Below are positions 63,041 to 64,000 of a stretch of 64,000 bases of DNA, in pieces. The translations under genes were made by a program, and so were the position numbers. The stretch is from assembly GCA_965237445.1 (NCBI GenBank), contig OZ250142.1, positions 176,153 through 240,152 of the forward strand, written 5' to 3'. Position 1 is the first letter of the stretch. Each line of letters starts with the position of its first letter. The notes beneath the pieces are model-generated. The model saw nothing but the letters and a program-made list of their open reading frames with translations, did not search any database and was not told where the DNA came from. The stretch is from Dehalococcoidia bacterium (GTDB taxonomy: Bacteria > Chloroflexota > Dehalococcoidia > Lucifugimonadales > G963668185).

Positions 63041-64000
63041 TTAGGTCCGACTTCCAAGTATCCGCAGCAACGCGTACCCGATCGTTCCGGACAGTATCGA
63101 TCCTCCCAGCACTCCGAGCTTGGCAAAGTCCACAAGCGCATCGTGATCGAATGCGATGTTCGAGATGAAAATAGACACGGTGAAACCTATTCCGCCCAGG
63201 AATCCCACGCCCAGGACCTGCCACCACGTTACTCCAGCCGGCAGTCTGCCCAGACCCGATCTAACTACCAGCCAGGTCATGCTGAAGATGCCCACAGCGT
63301 TACCAACCGGAAGCGCCACCAGTATGGCGAGCGTAACGCCGCTTTCCGCCGCCGCAGTCAGAGCTTCGGCTGAGAACACTATGCCCGCGTTGGCCAGGGC
63401 GAACAGCGGGAGTATGACAACGCTCGTCCACGGATGCACCGAGCGCTCCAACCGTTCCATCGGTCCCTCTGTGCCCTGGCTGAGCTTTTCGATAGACGCA
63501 ACTATGGTTTCAGCCCGGTCCTCGTCCCCTACATCCATTGCTGCCCTGAAATCCACCAGCAGTTCGTCAACCGCGGCCGCATACCTCTGTCGGCGCAGAT
63601 AAGGCTCGGACGGAGTGATTGCCGCCATCATCACGCCTGCCAGGGTGGCGTGGATGCCAGATTCCAGCAGGAACTGCCACATTAAGATGCTGACAATCAC
63701 ATAGAAGCCCATCGATTGAATGCCAGCCCGAATGAACACGGCCATGCTCAGAAAGAGGGCAATCGCAAGGCCGAGATCGATCCAGTGGATCGTCTCCGTG
63801 TAGAAGACCGCAATAACCGCGATAGCGCCTAGGTCGTCCGCCACCGCAAGGCCCAAAAGAAAGATTCGCAATTGGGACGGCAGGCTTCGCCCAAGCAGGC
63901 CGAGCACGCCCAATGCAAACGCGATGTCGGTGGCTATGGGGATGCCCCAGCCGGCGGCGCCCTCCCCAGTGCCGTTGAAGGCAAAGTAGATCAGCGCCGG
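63041..64000 (-). CDS. nhaA: Na+/H+ antiporter NhaA (N-terminus beyond the window end)
   Basis: The frame is open to position 64000. NhaA motifs are GWGIPIATDIAFALGVLGLLG, GIHATLAGV, and LGVGFLGGIGFTVSIFISNIAF. Confidence 0.85.
   Translation of the reverse strand, partial: PALIYFAFNGTGEGAAGWGIPIATDIAFALGVLGLLGRSLPSQLRIFLLGLAVADDLGAIAVIAVFYTETIHWIDLGLAIALFLSMAVFIRAGIQSMGFYVIVSILMWQFLLESGIHATLAGVMMAAITPSEPYLRRQRYAAAVDELLVDFRAAMDVGDEDRAETIVASIEKLSQGTEGPMERLERSVHPWTSVVILPLFALANAGIVFSAEALTAAAESGVTLAILVALPVGNAVGIFSMTWLVVRSGLGRLPAGVTWWQVLGVGFLGGIGFTVSIFISNIAFDHDALVDFAKLGVLGGSILSGTIGYALLRILGSRT

Overview
GC-rich bacterial chromosomal window. Gene content (HemQ, PAC2, FabL, HadAB-like dehydratase) and near-leaderless TAGAAT promoters suggest a Chloroflexota/Actinomycetota-like lineage, but this is inference only. 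I support about 60 protein genes, mostly housekeeping: assimilatory sulfite reductase, HemQ, LysA, HolB, TyrS, TrpA, AroH, aspartate kinase, ThrB, MutS2, an A-type Fe-S carrier with YgfZ, a fatty-acid operon (hotdog pair, plsX, fabG, fabL), FolC-FabF and NhaA. By eye I found no rRNA, tRNA or CRISPR array. Accessory or decaying content includes one intact IS5-family (IS427-group) element inserted exactly at a CTAG shared by two convergent stop codons, and a scrambled IS1182-like remnant. It also includes an intact VapBC pair, an MNT antitoxin next to an inactivated HepT toxin, a possible PIN remnant, and a multiply disrupted adenosine-deaminase-like pseudogene carrying a 9-bp VNTR. No clear-cut new multi-gene system (defence, CRISPR-like, retron, DGR) is visible. 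The two most unusual signals follow. First, two paralogous ~140-bp iteron-rich palindromic intergenic modules (48.7 kb and 57.5 kb) have repeat cores that differ by the same dinucleotide swap in every unit (GTGTCAC versus GTGTTCC). Second, a Tat-less PsrABC/SoeABC-like molybdoenzyme locus has its Fe-S and NrfD-type membrane subunits fused and encoded upstream of the catalytic subunit. All family calls come from motif recognition by eye, with no database search.
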